Positions 8,456 to 19,000 of a stretch of 25,223 nucleotides of DNA are shown here, piece after piece. The notes under the pieces are model-generated. The model did no database searches. It saw nothing but the letters and a program-made list of their open reading frames with translations, and was not told where the DNA came from. The position numbers and the translations under genes are program-made. The stretch spans positions 1 to 25,223 of the IMG/VR virus record IMGVR_UViG_3300047551_002792. One strand, given 5' to 3'. The DNA comes from a virus. Lineage: Duplodnaviria; Caudoviricetes. Each line of letters begins with the position of its first letter. Position 1 is the first letter of the stretch.

Positions 8456-10329
8456 TGAGTTACATAATATCAGGTTTAAATATACAAAATATTTCAGAAT
8501 ACAATTTTAATAATTCGTATTCAAAATATGATATTGTTGATTTTCAATTATTTACTGGAGCTTCTTTATCGCCAGCTTATACTGGTAATGGTCAAACTGG
8601 ATTAACAACTTGGTTTAACAATGATCTTTTAGAGTACTTTAAAACAGATACAAAATTTGATGTTACTGGATGGAGAAATTTAGTTTCTGGTAGCGGCGAT
8701 TTAAATCAAACAGGCGCATTTGCTGCTACAAATCCATATGTTGATTTTAATGAAAATTATATTAATTTATTTAATGATCAAACACTAAGCGGGACTGGTT
8801 TTGCTTCTGATTCTAGAACTTTGATATTTCTTATTGAAGCTGCTGATTTAAAGAAAGTAGATCAATCACAAAAAATATTACAATTCGGAACGGATTCAAC
8901 TTATGGAAAATTTTTATTAAGTGGAACAAATTCATATAATCAAGCAAAAATATTATTAGATAATACTGAATTTAATTCTGTTTCTTCTCTTTATAATGAT
9001 AAAAATATTTTTACTTTGATTCAAGATAATGCGGCAGGCACTATAAAATTAAGACAAAACGGTATTGATTTAGGAACATATTCTTCTTTTAATGCTAATT
9101 GGAAAGCGACAAATTTTATTCTCGGCAACAATAATGATAGTGTTGATATAAAATATTATGAAGTAATTCATTTTACAGGAGTTGTCGCGGATTCACAAAT
9201 AAGTGGTTATGAAAAATATTTATATGAGAAATACTTTGATAATACGAGGTTATATTTTGCTTTTAATAATGTTTCAGCTGGAATTCAATATAGCCCTATA
9301 ACCTATACAGGAATTGGATATTGGACTCAGGACATTGATGATTTGTTTAAAATGAATTATGGTTGTAGTGCTAATTTTACATCTAATTTGTCAATGTTGC
9401 AAATGGGTGATGGTTATAAGACTAATGTAGCTCAAACTGTAAATACATTAAACTCTAAATTTAATTTAAACTACGATGGTTTAACAGATAAAGAAGCAAA
9501 ATGCTTAATAACATATTTTGAAAACTCTCCAGAAACAAAAAAGAAAAGTCTTTATGAAGGTTACAAAGGAGTAGAAATGAATTTATTTCCTCCTTATAAA
9601 AAGAATGCAGAATTATATTTTAAAAGCATTGATCATTCTACTATTTATAATGATATAAATAGTATTAAAATAGAAGCAGAATCATTATATGATAGTTCTT
9701 TGGATTATAAAGGGATGTTGGTCGAGCTAGACGAAATCAATATAAAAACTTATCCTTCAGATAATAAATTTAATTCGATTAATTATAATGATATTTTTTA
9801 CTATGATTCAGATTCTGTTAAATTAAGAGGTTATTATTTTTATACAGGTTCTGCATATAATATTGATGAGAATTCAACTATAACAACTGGTCCGTTTGTT
9901 GTTTCTCCAGTAAATAGTCCAACTGGAATAAGTTCTTGGTTTACTAAAGATTTTTATTTTAAAGGAAATATTGATTATAATATAAATTCTAGCTTGAGAT
10001 TATTAAAAGGTGATTTTAAAAATTCTACGACTGAATATGACAAAGACGGAATCAATTATAATATTTTAGAATTTAATGTCGATTTTAAAAATAGATCAAA
10101 CTCTGAAACAAGAGCAATATTAAAATTTTTAGATGATAAAGCGGGATATAAAGTGTTTAAATATACTTTGCCTCAACCATATAATAAAGAAATTAACGTT
10201 TATTGTCCAGAATGGAATCATACTTATAATTTCAATAACAATAATGATATAGGTGTAAAGTTTATTGAGTTTAAAAATCCATTTGATACTGCAACAAAAT
10301 TCAATACAAAACTATATTTTACTCAATGA
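8455..10329 (+). CDS. Minor tail protein, lambda gpM-like (two tandem domains) with inserted LamG/ConA-like domain
   Basis: gpM-like motifs MGDGYKTNVAQTVN...EAKCLITYFE and DGINYN...ETRAILKFLDDKAGYKVFKYTLP...VYCPEW...VKFIE. LamG-like stretch GLTTWF...VTGWRNL...YEVIHFTG...YEKYLYEKY. Confidence 0.8.
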   Translation: MSYIISGLNIQNISEYNFNNSYSKYDIVDFQLFTGASLSPAYTGNGQTGLTTWFNNDLLEYFKTDTKFDVTGWRNLVSGSGDLNQTGAFAATNPYVDFNENYINLFNDQTLSGTGFASDSRTLIFLIEAADLKKVDQSQKILQFGTDSTYGKFLLSGTNSYNQAKILLDNTEFNSVSSLYNDKNIFTLIQDNAAGTIKLRQNGIDLGTYSSFNANWKATNFILGNNNDSVDIKYYEVIHFTGVVADSQISGYEKYLYEKYFDNTRLYFAFNNVSAGIQYSPITYTGIGYWTQDIDDLFKMNYGCSANFTSNLSMLQMGDGYKTNVAQTVNTLNSKFNLNYDGLTDKEAKCLITYFENSPETKKKSLYEGYKGVEMNLFPPYKKNAELYFKSIDHSTIYNDINSIKIEAESLYDSSLDYKGMLVELDEINIKTYPSDNKFNSINYNDIFYYDSDSVKLRGYYFYTGSAYNIDENSTITTGPFVVSPVNSPTGISSWFTKDFYFKGNIDYNINSSLRLLKGDFKNSTTEYDKDGINYNILEFNVDFKNRSNSETRAILKFLDDKAGYKVFKYTLPQPYNKEINVYCPEWNHTYNFNNNNDIGVKFIEFKNPFDTATKFNTKLYFTQ

Positions 10330-11759
10330 CTACTTATTATACTGGGGTCCAGTTGGCGGATGTTGTTACGGGGTTTGGTGGATATACAGGTCTTGTTTTG
10401 GTAAACAGTGGTAATTTTCCAATTAAATATGATATAAATATATCTAAAACTAATTTGCAAGGTATAGATGCATCAGATTGTAATGATACCAATACAGGCA
10501 CATTGTTTATAAGCGCAGATTTAAATAATATTAATTTATCGAATGATGAAGTGGAATTAACCATTAATCCATCAAGTTCTGGTGTTGTTTATGTTTTGCA
10601 CCGTCCATATAGAAACTTTACATCTTCTTTTATTACTGCTGGTAATATAGATGGTTATGAATCAGCAGAGATTACTGTTAGAAGTTTATCTTCTGTAGGA
10701 GATGAAGATGAAAATATAACAATTGATGTTACAGGACGTAGAATAAAAACATTTTCTACTCCTCCAAGAATTGGTTCTTTTTTTGCGGTAGAAGATTACA
10801 ATTCTACACTTGCTAATCCTTTGTACAGAAACTTTTTTTGGAGCGTTATAACAAATAATACATTTTTAACTGGTTTTAATTTACAGCTTTCAGCAAATAC
10901 TTCTTTTACTTCACCTACAACATATCAATATTCTGTAGTTCAAAATGAAGATGCAAATTTACCTTTATATGGTAATTATAAAGGATTATTAGAAAATATT
11001 TATAGTATAGATTTAACAAATTTTACAATAAATACAAATTATTATGCTAGAATACAAGGAGTAAATAATGCTGGCGTTGGTGATTATTCTTACTGTACTG
11101 GTTTTGATAATTATAATGTTAATTTAGATGGAACTGGATACAGTGGTTTATACACATCTCCTGGAGGTAATTTAAAAGTTAATTATAGAGTTTTAAATTT
11201 AAGTAGATATGATACATATGAAAAAGATTTTGATTTATATGAATATTTAGTTAGCCAAAATAACAACTCTTATGATTTTAGAAGATATAGTGGAATATAT
11301 GTAAAATTCTTTTCTAATAATGCTCCAGCTTTATGTAATTATGTTGCGAGTAGTAAAACTACCGGTGCGATTAATTTTAATATACCGTATATTAATGGCG
11401 GCGATGGATTTTTAATTAGCCCTAATAGTTCAAATCGTTTTTCGATAGAATTAGAATTTAATAATTGTGGCTTATATGGGCATGGTGGTGATGGGTTGAT
11501 ATGGAAAAATGATAATTCTAATTTAGAATGGACATATTTTGAGCCTACTGATGGTGGGCCGATATTTAATTTCGATAATTATACATATAGCACTATTCCT
11601 ATAGACTATTATATTTATAAAGATATATATTCGGTTATGTACGCAGGAAGTGCAGGATCGAAAGGTTGGTTGATAAATATTGAAAATAATGATGCGCTTG
11701 ATACTCAAGCTTTTCATATTGATGGATTTAAAATAACTAACGCATTAGAAACTCCTTAA
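10326..11759 (+). CDS. Tail-associated Ig-like/fibronectin type III protein with degenerate Gly-loop C-terminal domain
   Basis: FN3 pattern FFWS...GFNLQLS...TNYYARIQGVNNAGVGDYS. N-terminal Ig-like LVLVNSGNFPI. C-terminal NNCGLYGHGGDG...GGPIF...YAGSAG. ATGA overlap with the upstream gene. Confidence 0.65.
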   Translation: MTTYYTGVQLADVVTGFGGYTGLVLVNSGNFPIKYDINISKTNLQGIDASDCNDTNTGTLFISADLNNINLSNDEVELTINPSSSGVVYVLHRPYRNFTSSFITAGNIDGYESAEITVRSLSSVGDEDENITIDVTGRRIKTFSTPPRIGSFFAVEDYNSTLANPLYRNFFWSVITNNTFLTGFNLQLSANTSFTSPTTYQYSVVQNEDANLPLYGNYKGLLENIYSIDLTNFTINTNYYARIQGVNNAGVGDYSYCTGFDNYNVNLDGTGYSGLYTSPGGNLKVNYRVLNLSRYDTYEKDFDLYEYLVSQNNNSYDFRRYSGIYVKFFSNNAPALCNYVASSKTTGAINFNIPYINGGDGFLISPNSSNRFSIELEFNNCGLYGHGGDGLIWKNDNSNLEWTYFEPTDGGPIFNFDNYTYSTIPIDYYIYKDIYSVMYAGSAGSKGWLINIENNDALDTQAFHIDGFKITNALETP

Positions 11760-11760
11760 T

Positions 11761-13380
11761 ATGAGTGAAATACAAGATAAAATAAATTCTCAACAAAGAA
11801 GTTTGACTATTTCTGTTGATGGTAAAAATAAATCAACCTTGTTATTTGATTTATCGCCAAGCGTTGTTAATGGTAATGTTGTTGCTGATACAGTGTTGAA
11901 TTTATCAGTTGAAAAAGATAACAAGAAAAATAATTCAGTGTTAATTAGCTCTACAACACCTACAGATGAAGTTGTAGTTGATGAGAATATAAGTTCACTA
12001 CATTCTTTAAATTTAAAATATAAAACAGTTGGACAAGAAAAAAAACAAGGGGGTTTTAATTATACTTCTGGAGCGCCTACCTGGCCGAATATTTATTTAA
12101 ATTTTAGAAAAAAAATATTTTCTAATAGTGACTTGGAATTTAGATTTTCAACGAGGAGTTTAACTGGATCTTCTGCAGCTACTGGTACGTGGTCTTGTGA
12201 AAGCGGTGTTAAAAATCCTTTCAATTTAGTTGGAGATGCGGGTTGTTTAACTCCAGTTGGTAATTTTGGAGTGTATACTTATAAATTTGCCAATAAATCA
12301 GGGGGAAATGTTATTGCTAATAATACAGTAAAAATGATTCCTAGAATATTACCTTCTTACACAACATTAGTTTTTGCTGTGGGAACCACTTCTTGGGGAT
12401 CTTCATCGGGAGGTAATTTCGCTCCATTTAATGGTCTGCTTAGACAGTATTTAGGTAAAAGAGTTCAAAAATTTACATTGAATGAACAATTTGGAAATTT
12501 TAATGTTCCAAATGCGAATGTTTATAGTTTAATATCAGCAATAAAAACATCATCTTCCTTTTACGATTGGTCTTATGTTCCTTATTTTAATTTATTGCCA
12601 ACAAATACTCCAACAGCAACATTTTCCAAGGGAATTCCAACTTTTGCATATCCTGTATTCGTTGGTAATATTTTGAATCATCCAAGATATATGGGTGAAG
12701 CATCATATGGTTTATGTAATTTTGCTAGAAAATCGTATGAGGATCAAGATGGAGGCGTTTATCCAACAAGATTACATGATAGATTTTTACGTAATTATAA
12801 GTTTGCTTATACTAAGCAATCTTCTTTAGATGTTTTAATGCATCATAATATTTCAAATTGGGGCACTTCATTAGCCGACACAACGACTCCGCAACAAATA
12901 ACACTGGGTAGTACTGTTTATCCTAGTTTTTCAATATTTTTTGTTCAAATGTTTAGTACTCCTTATATTGCAGATAATAGCGGAGAAAAAAGTTATATGG
13001 TAAATGAAACTTATGTTAATGGGTTTAAAACTTGTGAGTTTTATAGTCAATTAATTCCTGGAAATGTTGTTTCTACACCGGCAACATATTTGATTCAATT
13101 ATTTAATGATTTTGGAGCCGATTATTATAATGATCTAATTTTTAGTAATTCGCAAATGTTTTTATTTGATTATTCTTATGGATTGGCTCAAACACCATCA
13201 GAAATGTATCAAAAATCTTATTCGTTAGTTGAATCAATAGCTTATGATATTAAAGGTTTTTTAGTAAAAAACAGCTCGAATTTACAATTAACAAATTCTA
13301 CTTCTTCTTTAAGGGTGCCAATAGCTGATAGGCATCCTTATGTAAATATGTTTTTAAACAATCCTAATAGTTTAACCTAA
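11761..13380 (+). CDS. Hypothetical tail protein, probably a degenerate LamG/ConA-like domain
   Basis: 539-aa ORF translationally coupled in the operon. The ending SLVESIAY...HPY resembles C-termini of phage LamG-like domains. Weak call for function. Confidence 0.55.
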   Translation: MSEIQDKINSQQRSLTISVDGKNKSTLLFDLSPSVVNGNVVADTVLNLSVEKDNKKNNSVLISSTTPTDEVVVDENISSLHSLNLKYKTVGQEKKQGGFNYTSGAPTWPNIYLNFRKKIFSNSDLEFRFSTRSLTGSSAATGTWSCESGVKNPFNLVGDAGCLTPVGNFGVYTYKFANKSGGNVIANNTVKMIPRILPSYTTLVFAVGTTSWGSSSGGNFAPFNGLLRQYLGKRVQKFTLNEQFGNFNVPNANVYSLISAIKTSSSFYDWSYVPYFNLLPTNTPTATFSKGIPTFAYPVFVGNILNHPRYMGEASYGLCNFARKSYEDQDGGVYPTRLHDRFLRNYKFAYTKQSSLDVLMHHNISNWGTSLADTTTPQQITLGSTVYPSFSIFFVQMFSTPYIADNSGEKSYMVNETYVNGFKTCEFYSQLIPGNVVSTPATYLIQLFNDFGADYYNDLIFSNSQMFLFDYSYGLAQTPSEMYQKSYSLVESIAYDIKGFLVKNSSNLQLTNSTSSLRVPIADRHPYVNMFLNNPNSLT

Positions 13381-13382
13381 TT

Positions 13383-15218
13383 ATGTCGAATTTATTTCTT
13401 TTAAATAATAATGAAGTTTTAGATTTTTATGAGATACATTTGAGCGATTATGAGGGTTATTTATATTTTCATGGATCTAAAAATTTTCAAAAAGATTTAA
13501 TCTTTCAAGGAAAAAAATATTTATACATTCCATGTGAGGTTTCGAATTTAGAATATAATTCAGAAGGCAAAACTAATAGACCTACATTTTTGATTTCTAA
13601 TATAAATAATTATATGTCTAATTTGATGAAAGATAGAAATGATTTTATTGGTCGTAGGTTTTATAGAAAAAAAATACTTGCTAAAGATTTAGATGATGAA
13701 AATTTTGGAGGCGTTAATAAAAATTTATTGGGCGCTAGATCTTTCTCTTCTTTTATTGCAAGTGATATGTATATTATTCAGAAAAAAAATTCTGAAAGCA
13801 GAGATAAAATTGAAATTCTTCTAACTAATGTTTTGGATTTTGAGGGTATTAGTATACCTTCAAGAAAAATATTTAATAATGCGTGTCAATGGACATACCG
13901 GGGTTGCGGTTGTAATTATGGTAAAATAAATGGTTATACAGGGCCAGATGTATATCAAAGAGAAACATTGAATGATGATTTATCTACAATAAATACTAAT
14001 TTAGGATTATCATCTAATTTAACTTATCATTTTCAAAGTTCTACTCAAACATTTTCTGGAACAACTACAATTCCATTAGAAAATCCACCTAGTACTATAT
14101 TGAGTTTTGATAAATTAACTTCTTGGACTAACGCAGGCACTGCTGGTGGAAGCATAACTATATCCGGTAATCCAAAAAAATATATAAATCAAGGTAGAAT
14201 GGGTGATTATAATGGTGTTCTTTTGTCCAATAGAACTGGAGCTACAGATTCTTTAACAATTACAACAAGTAATTTAAATAGCGCTTTAACAATTTTTTAT
14301 GTGTCTGAAATGGTTGATAAAATAAATAATAAAACTTCTAAAAAAGATACGTATCGCGGTTTATCTTCAACTCAAGATGGTAAATTTTTATTAGGTTATT
14401 GGAATCATTACGAAGATGTTATGGCTTCAAAAATAGATGCTTCAAATTATGATTGGGTTAAATCAGTTGGTCCTTGGGCTCCAAATAACTTAAATAATTC
14501 TAGGGTATATGGAGCCATATGTCCTAATAGCTCTACAAGTACAACATATTTTATAAGAGATGGTAATATTTATGTGCAAAGAGATGGTTTTATAAATGGT
14601 TCTAATGGTCTTGGTTTTAATATTGTTGAACCTAGTGAAATTGTAGTTTATGAAATAATTATTTATAATACAACTTTGACATTAGAACAAGCAGAATATA
14701 TTTCATTTTATTTGGGAAATAAATATAATTTACCTGTACCTTTTACTAAAAGTAAAACAGTAATTAAAAAGGGATCCACTTTTTTTACAGACGAAGAAAA
14801 TCTCGGTTTGCCAATGGCTGATGAAAATAATAAAATGTTTTTAATTGCAAACGCAGCGAATAGCCAATTATCAACATCGGAATCTTACGGTTTAAATAAT
14901 TTAATTTATAGAGGTGATTATAATAGAAATACTCGTTATAAATTTGGTGATTTTGTAAAAATAGAGCCTCCTATTAATTTTGATTTTAATGAGGATTCCC
15001 AAATTAACAATAATTCAATACCTGCTAGATTTTTTGTTTGTATAGATCAAAATGGATCTTTTAATGAGCATCCATTCAATTTTACAAATAAATGGAAAGA
15101 GGATAAGTGCTCCAAAAATCTTAATGGTTGTAGTTTAAGATTTAATGGTAATCAAATAGGCATTCCTTTTGGGGGTTTTCCTGGTACTGTTCAATATGAA
15201 TATAAACTTCCTTCCTAA
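13383..15218 (+). CDS. Minor tail protein, lambda gpL-like, with large LamG-like insertion
   Basis: LIFQGKKYLYIPCE...NRPTFLISN, IPSRKI...CQWTYRGCGCNY, DKCSKNLNGCSLRF, PFGGFPG: the gpL signature including the four conserved Cys. Confidence 0.92.
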   Translation: MSNLFLLNNNEVLDFYEIHLSDYEGYLYFHGSKNFQKDLIFQGKKYLYIPCEVSNLEYNSEGKTNRPTFLISNINNYMSNLMKDRNDFIGRRFYRKKILAKDLDDENFGGVNKNLLGARSFSSFIASDMYIIQKKNSESRDKIEILLTNVLDFEGISIPSRKIFNNACQWTYRGCGCNYGKINGYTGPDVYQRETLNDDLSTINTNLGLSSNLTYHFQSSTQTFSGTTTIPLENPPSTILSFDKLTSWTNAGTAGGSITISGNPKKYINQGRMGDYNGVLLSNRTGATDSLTITTSNLNSALTIFYVSEMVDKINNKTSKKDTYRGLSSTQDGKFLLGYWNHYEDVMASKIDASNYDWVKSVGPWAPNNLNNSRVYGAICPNSSTSTTYFIRDGNIYVQRDGFINGSNGLGFNIVEPSEIVVYEIIIYNTTLTLEQAEYISFYLGNKYNLPVPFTKSKTVIKKGSTFFTDEENLGLPMADENNKMFLIANAANSQLSTSESYGLNNLIYRGDYNRNTRYKFGDFVKIEPPINFDFNEDSQINNNSIPARFFVCIDQNGSFNEHPFNFTNKWKEDKCSKNLNGCSLRFNGNQIGIPFGGFPGTVQYEYKLPS

Positions 15219-15525
15219 AGATTTATTAAATAATTTAATGGAATTATCTAAAAATTCTAATGTTGAAATATGCGGTTTCATTAAAAATAATATATTTGTA
15301 AAATGTGATAATTTACATCCAGATCCATTTAATTATTTTACTATTTCGCATAAAGAATATTTGAAGAACATTGATTCTATTTTATTCCATAGTCATCCTT
15401 ACAAATATAACGATAAAGGTTTTTCGGATTGGGATTTAGAAAATCAAAAATATCATTGTTTAAATATGCTGTTATACAGTGTAAATTTAAATAGATTTTT
15501 TTATAAAACATATGATAAAGATTAA
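15196..15525 (+). CDS. Tail assembly protein, gpK-like JAB/MPN+ metallopeptidase domain only
   Basis: EICGFI...FHSHP...FSDWD matches JAMM E...HxH...SxxD. Sits between L and I. Start is uncertain: in-frame ATGs at 15169, 15196 and 15238. Confidence 0.85.
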   Translation: MNINFLPKDLLNNLMELSKNSNVEICGFIKNNIFVKCDNLHPDPFNYFTISHKEYLKNIDSILFHSHPYKYNDKGFSDWDLENQKYHCLNMLLYSVNLNRFFYKTYDKD

Positions 15526-16048
15526 CTTATACGGTTGTTTAGCGAAAAAACTCGGTTCATCTTGGGAGCTTGATGTCAAATCAATTATGGAGGTTTTTGA
15601 GGCTTTGGAAGCAAACAATCGTAAAGAAAATTTGTTCTTTAGAACAATGGATAAATTTTTTACACATTTTATTGTTTACATTGATGGAAAAATAATGCCG
15701 CCTCATTTATTAAAAAGTAAATTATTAAAAAAAGACAGTGTTGTAGATATTTTACCTGTTGTTCAAGGTGGATTAGTAGGCGCTTTAATAATTATTGGCG
15801 TTGTTTTGATAGTTTTATCTTTTGTTCTAACTAAATTACTAACGCCTAAAGAACCAGTGGATATAAAAACAAGCTCTTCTGTTTTAGGAAAGATTAAAAA
15901 TGTTACTAATAGAAATATTCCGGTTCCTATTGGTTATGGTAGATTTAGGATAGGTAGTGCGGTCATTTCAAATGATATAATTGTATTCAATGGAGCGGAA
16001 GCGCAAACTATCAGCTCATCTGTTTTAGACATTATAAAGGGAAGTTAA
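15512..16048 (+). CDS. Tail assembly protein, lambda gpI-like (ubiquitin-like beta-grasp domain)
   Basis: MIKINLYGCLAKKLG...VDILPVVQGG, then a hydrophobic segment and IPVPIGYGRFRIGSAVIS, as in the gpI family. Confidence 0.9.
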   Translation: MIKINLYGCLAKKLGSSWELDVKSIMEVFEALEANNRKENLFFRTMDKFFTHFIVYIDGKIMPPHLLKSKLLKKDSVVDILPVVQGGLVGALIIIGVVLIVLSFVLTKLLTPKEPVDIKTSSSVLGKIKNVTNRNIPVPIGYGRFRIGSAVISNDIIVFNGAEAQTISSSVLDIIKGS

Positions 16049-16051
16049 TAT

Positions 16052-19000
16052 ATGCCTTATAATAATAATCAATTTTTTGTCAAAGGATTAAATAATAAAG
16101 CTGAATATTGGATTAATCAAGGAGGTAAAGATGGTCCTGTTTTATCTTTGCAAAGTCTTATCAGTAATATGCCTGGCTTAAAACTTGAGGAGTTAGTTAA
16201 AAAAATAGAATCAGATGAAAAATTATATTGTACAGATCTTTTATGTGAAGGCCCTATTGAAGGATTAGTTGATAAATATGGAAACGTTTTAAAATATGGC
16301 ACTTCTACAAATCCAAAAGATTCTGATGATACTATTTTAGGTAAAGGAATATATTATAATGATGTGCCGTTGATTGATTCTAAATTGAATAAATTTAATT
16401 TTGTAAGTTCTGGTTTTGAAATTGATTATGGTGAGGAAGTAAAGAATTATAATTATGGCAATTATCCATCGACTGTTTATAAATACGATCAAAAGTTATA
16501 TTTATCAGAAATAGAAACTATACCGAATATCATCTATAATGGTTATTTTCAGTTTATTATAGATGAAACAAATAATTTTATTCCGATTAAGCTACCAATC
16601 AATGATTCGAATTGGTATTTTTCTAATCAATTCACTTCAAATTTTATTTATAGCTCAAAGTTTAATATTAAGAATATAGTTAACATTATCTCTTCGGCAA
16701 AAAATAATTGTCAGGAGTTTACTCATAAAATTTATAATAAATTTTGTGATAATATTTCAATAAATCTTACGGTAAACAGTCTTTTTAATAATAATGAGAA
16801 TTACTCTGCTTCGTTTGCTATTGAAATATCGGAAGATTTTTCTTCGCGGAGATATTACTGTATTGTTGCGATAACTGGATTTGCAAAAAGTGCGGCTACT
16901 ATTTCTATTCCAATAGATTTAAATTTAAATTCAGTTGAAAATAATAATTATTATGTTAAAGTTTTTTCTCTTACCAAAAAAATAGATCCCGCTAATACAA
17001 ATCTGGCGTCAGTTTTTTGTGATTTTTCTGTTTCAAGCGTTGTGGAAAGAATTTTAACTAAAGGATATTTCGTTTATCCATACTCTTGCACAGTAAAAAC
17101 AGTAGTTAGTTCTAGACATTTTAATTCAGATCCAAATAGAACATTTGATCTTAAATTATTAAAAATAAAAACACCTTCTAATTACGATCCTGAAGCTAGA
17201 GAATATAATGGTAATTGGAATGGTAAATTTAATAACTTTTTGAGATGGACAGATAATCCAGCTTGGGTATTTTTTGATATTTGCACAAATTCTCGTTATG
17301 GTTTAGGTAATGGTTTAATCAATGAATCTGACATAAACAAATGGGAATTATATAAACTATCTCAGTATTGTGATGACTTGGTTAAAGTAAATGTGCCTTA
17401 TTCTGAGAGTGAAGATTCTTTTGAAATGTATTATACGCAAAAAAATAAGATATATATTCAAAAAAATAATAGATCTTTAGAGTTTATTAAAAAGAAATAT
17501 AAGCCTGTTTATGATACTGTTACAGATGTTTTTTCAAATGACTCTTTTTATGAATCATTGATTTTTTTGTACGATATGAAAAATGCAGACGGCGATGTTG
17601 AAAAAAATTATAAAAAAATTATTTGGTCTGTTAAAGAGGTTAATCTTTTTCAAGATGGACAATCTTCAGAAGTTTCAACTGGAGGCGGAACACATTTTGA
17701 AATTCAATTAATAAATGATTTTGGACCTAAATCTTTTTTTGAGACCGATTTAACTGGTTTATTAAATAGCTTTTTGTCTACAAGCGTGAATACATTTATT
17801 AAAAATTCTTCAATTTTGTCTAGAGTTTCAATCGGTGATAAAAACACACAGGGTGCGGCTAAAGCTTTTATTTTAACAAATATTGCTAATTCTGTGAAAA
17901 ATAATACTTCGCTTTACAATAATATTTTGAATAAAAATATTGTCGATGATGATTTATTTGTTAGTAATGATGATTTTACTGTAAATGTTAACTCAAGTAT
18001 TAATGGTAAATGTTTGCCTCGAAGTAAAAATTATAGAGACCCTTTAGAGCCTAGATTTTCTTGTAACTTATTAATAGATAACGAAACTAATTCATTGAAA
18101 TTGTTATCTGATATATGTTCTATTTTTAGAGGAATATCTTATTATAAAAATAATTACATAGGAACTACTTACGATGTTCAAAAGCCAGTTGTTTATTTAT
18201 TTAATAATTCAAACGTTAAAGATGGAGCGTTTTTCTATTCTAGTGGAAGTTTGGAGGGGTTATATAGTGTTGCAAAAATTTCTTTCAAAGATCAATATGA
18301 TAATTTCAATGATTCTGTTGAAATTGTTGAAGATGCAGAATTGTTAAAAAATTATGGCGTTATAATTAAAGAAATTTTAGGTTTTGGTATTACATCTAGA
18401 GATCAAGCTAGAAGAATTGGTGAATGGTTATTAATGACAAATAGATTAGAGAATCAATCTGTAAATTTTTCTACAGATCTTCAAGGGATTCTATTAAAAC
18501 CAGGAGATGTTATTGAAATAAAAGATCAATACAAGAATAATTCTACTCTTCAGGGTAGAGTGGTAAATGTTGATTTAGATGATAATTCTATTGTTGTGGA
18601 TAGGCAATTAAATTTAAATTTAATAGGTCAGAAGATAAAATTTATTTTTTCTAATTATGTTGTGGATTCTTCTTTTAATGGTATTACAGCCACGCAAGCC
18701 AATAATATTCAAATACTAGAATTAAAAATTAAAAATATCGATAACAGCACTAATAAGGTTTGGTTTGATGCTGATTATAATTATTCTGATTTTAACAAAA
18801 TTATTTCATCTACTGTTTTTATTATCGATGATTTAAATATTAATAATAATTATATTTATTATAAAATAGTCAGTATATCTGAAACCAATAATAATGAATA
18901 TAGCGTATTTGCTATTAAGTATGATTCTTCTAAATATACATATTTAGATAAAAATTTATTGCAGAAAGATAATGATATTATTAATAATACTATTTCGTAC

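Noticed and set aside
15167-15180. TTTTGGGGGTTTT as a programmed frameshift fusing L and K
   Set aside because: It simply encodes the conserved gpL PFGGFPG motif, and K has its own in-frame ATGs.
17384-18046. Insertions in J and L as inteins or introns
   Set aside because: No Cys/Ser-start with His-Asn-end splice motifs and no LAGLIDADG or HNH signatures; reading frames are uninterrupted.
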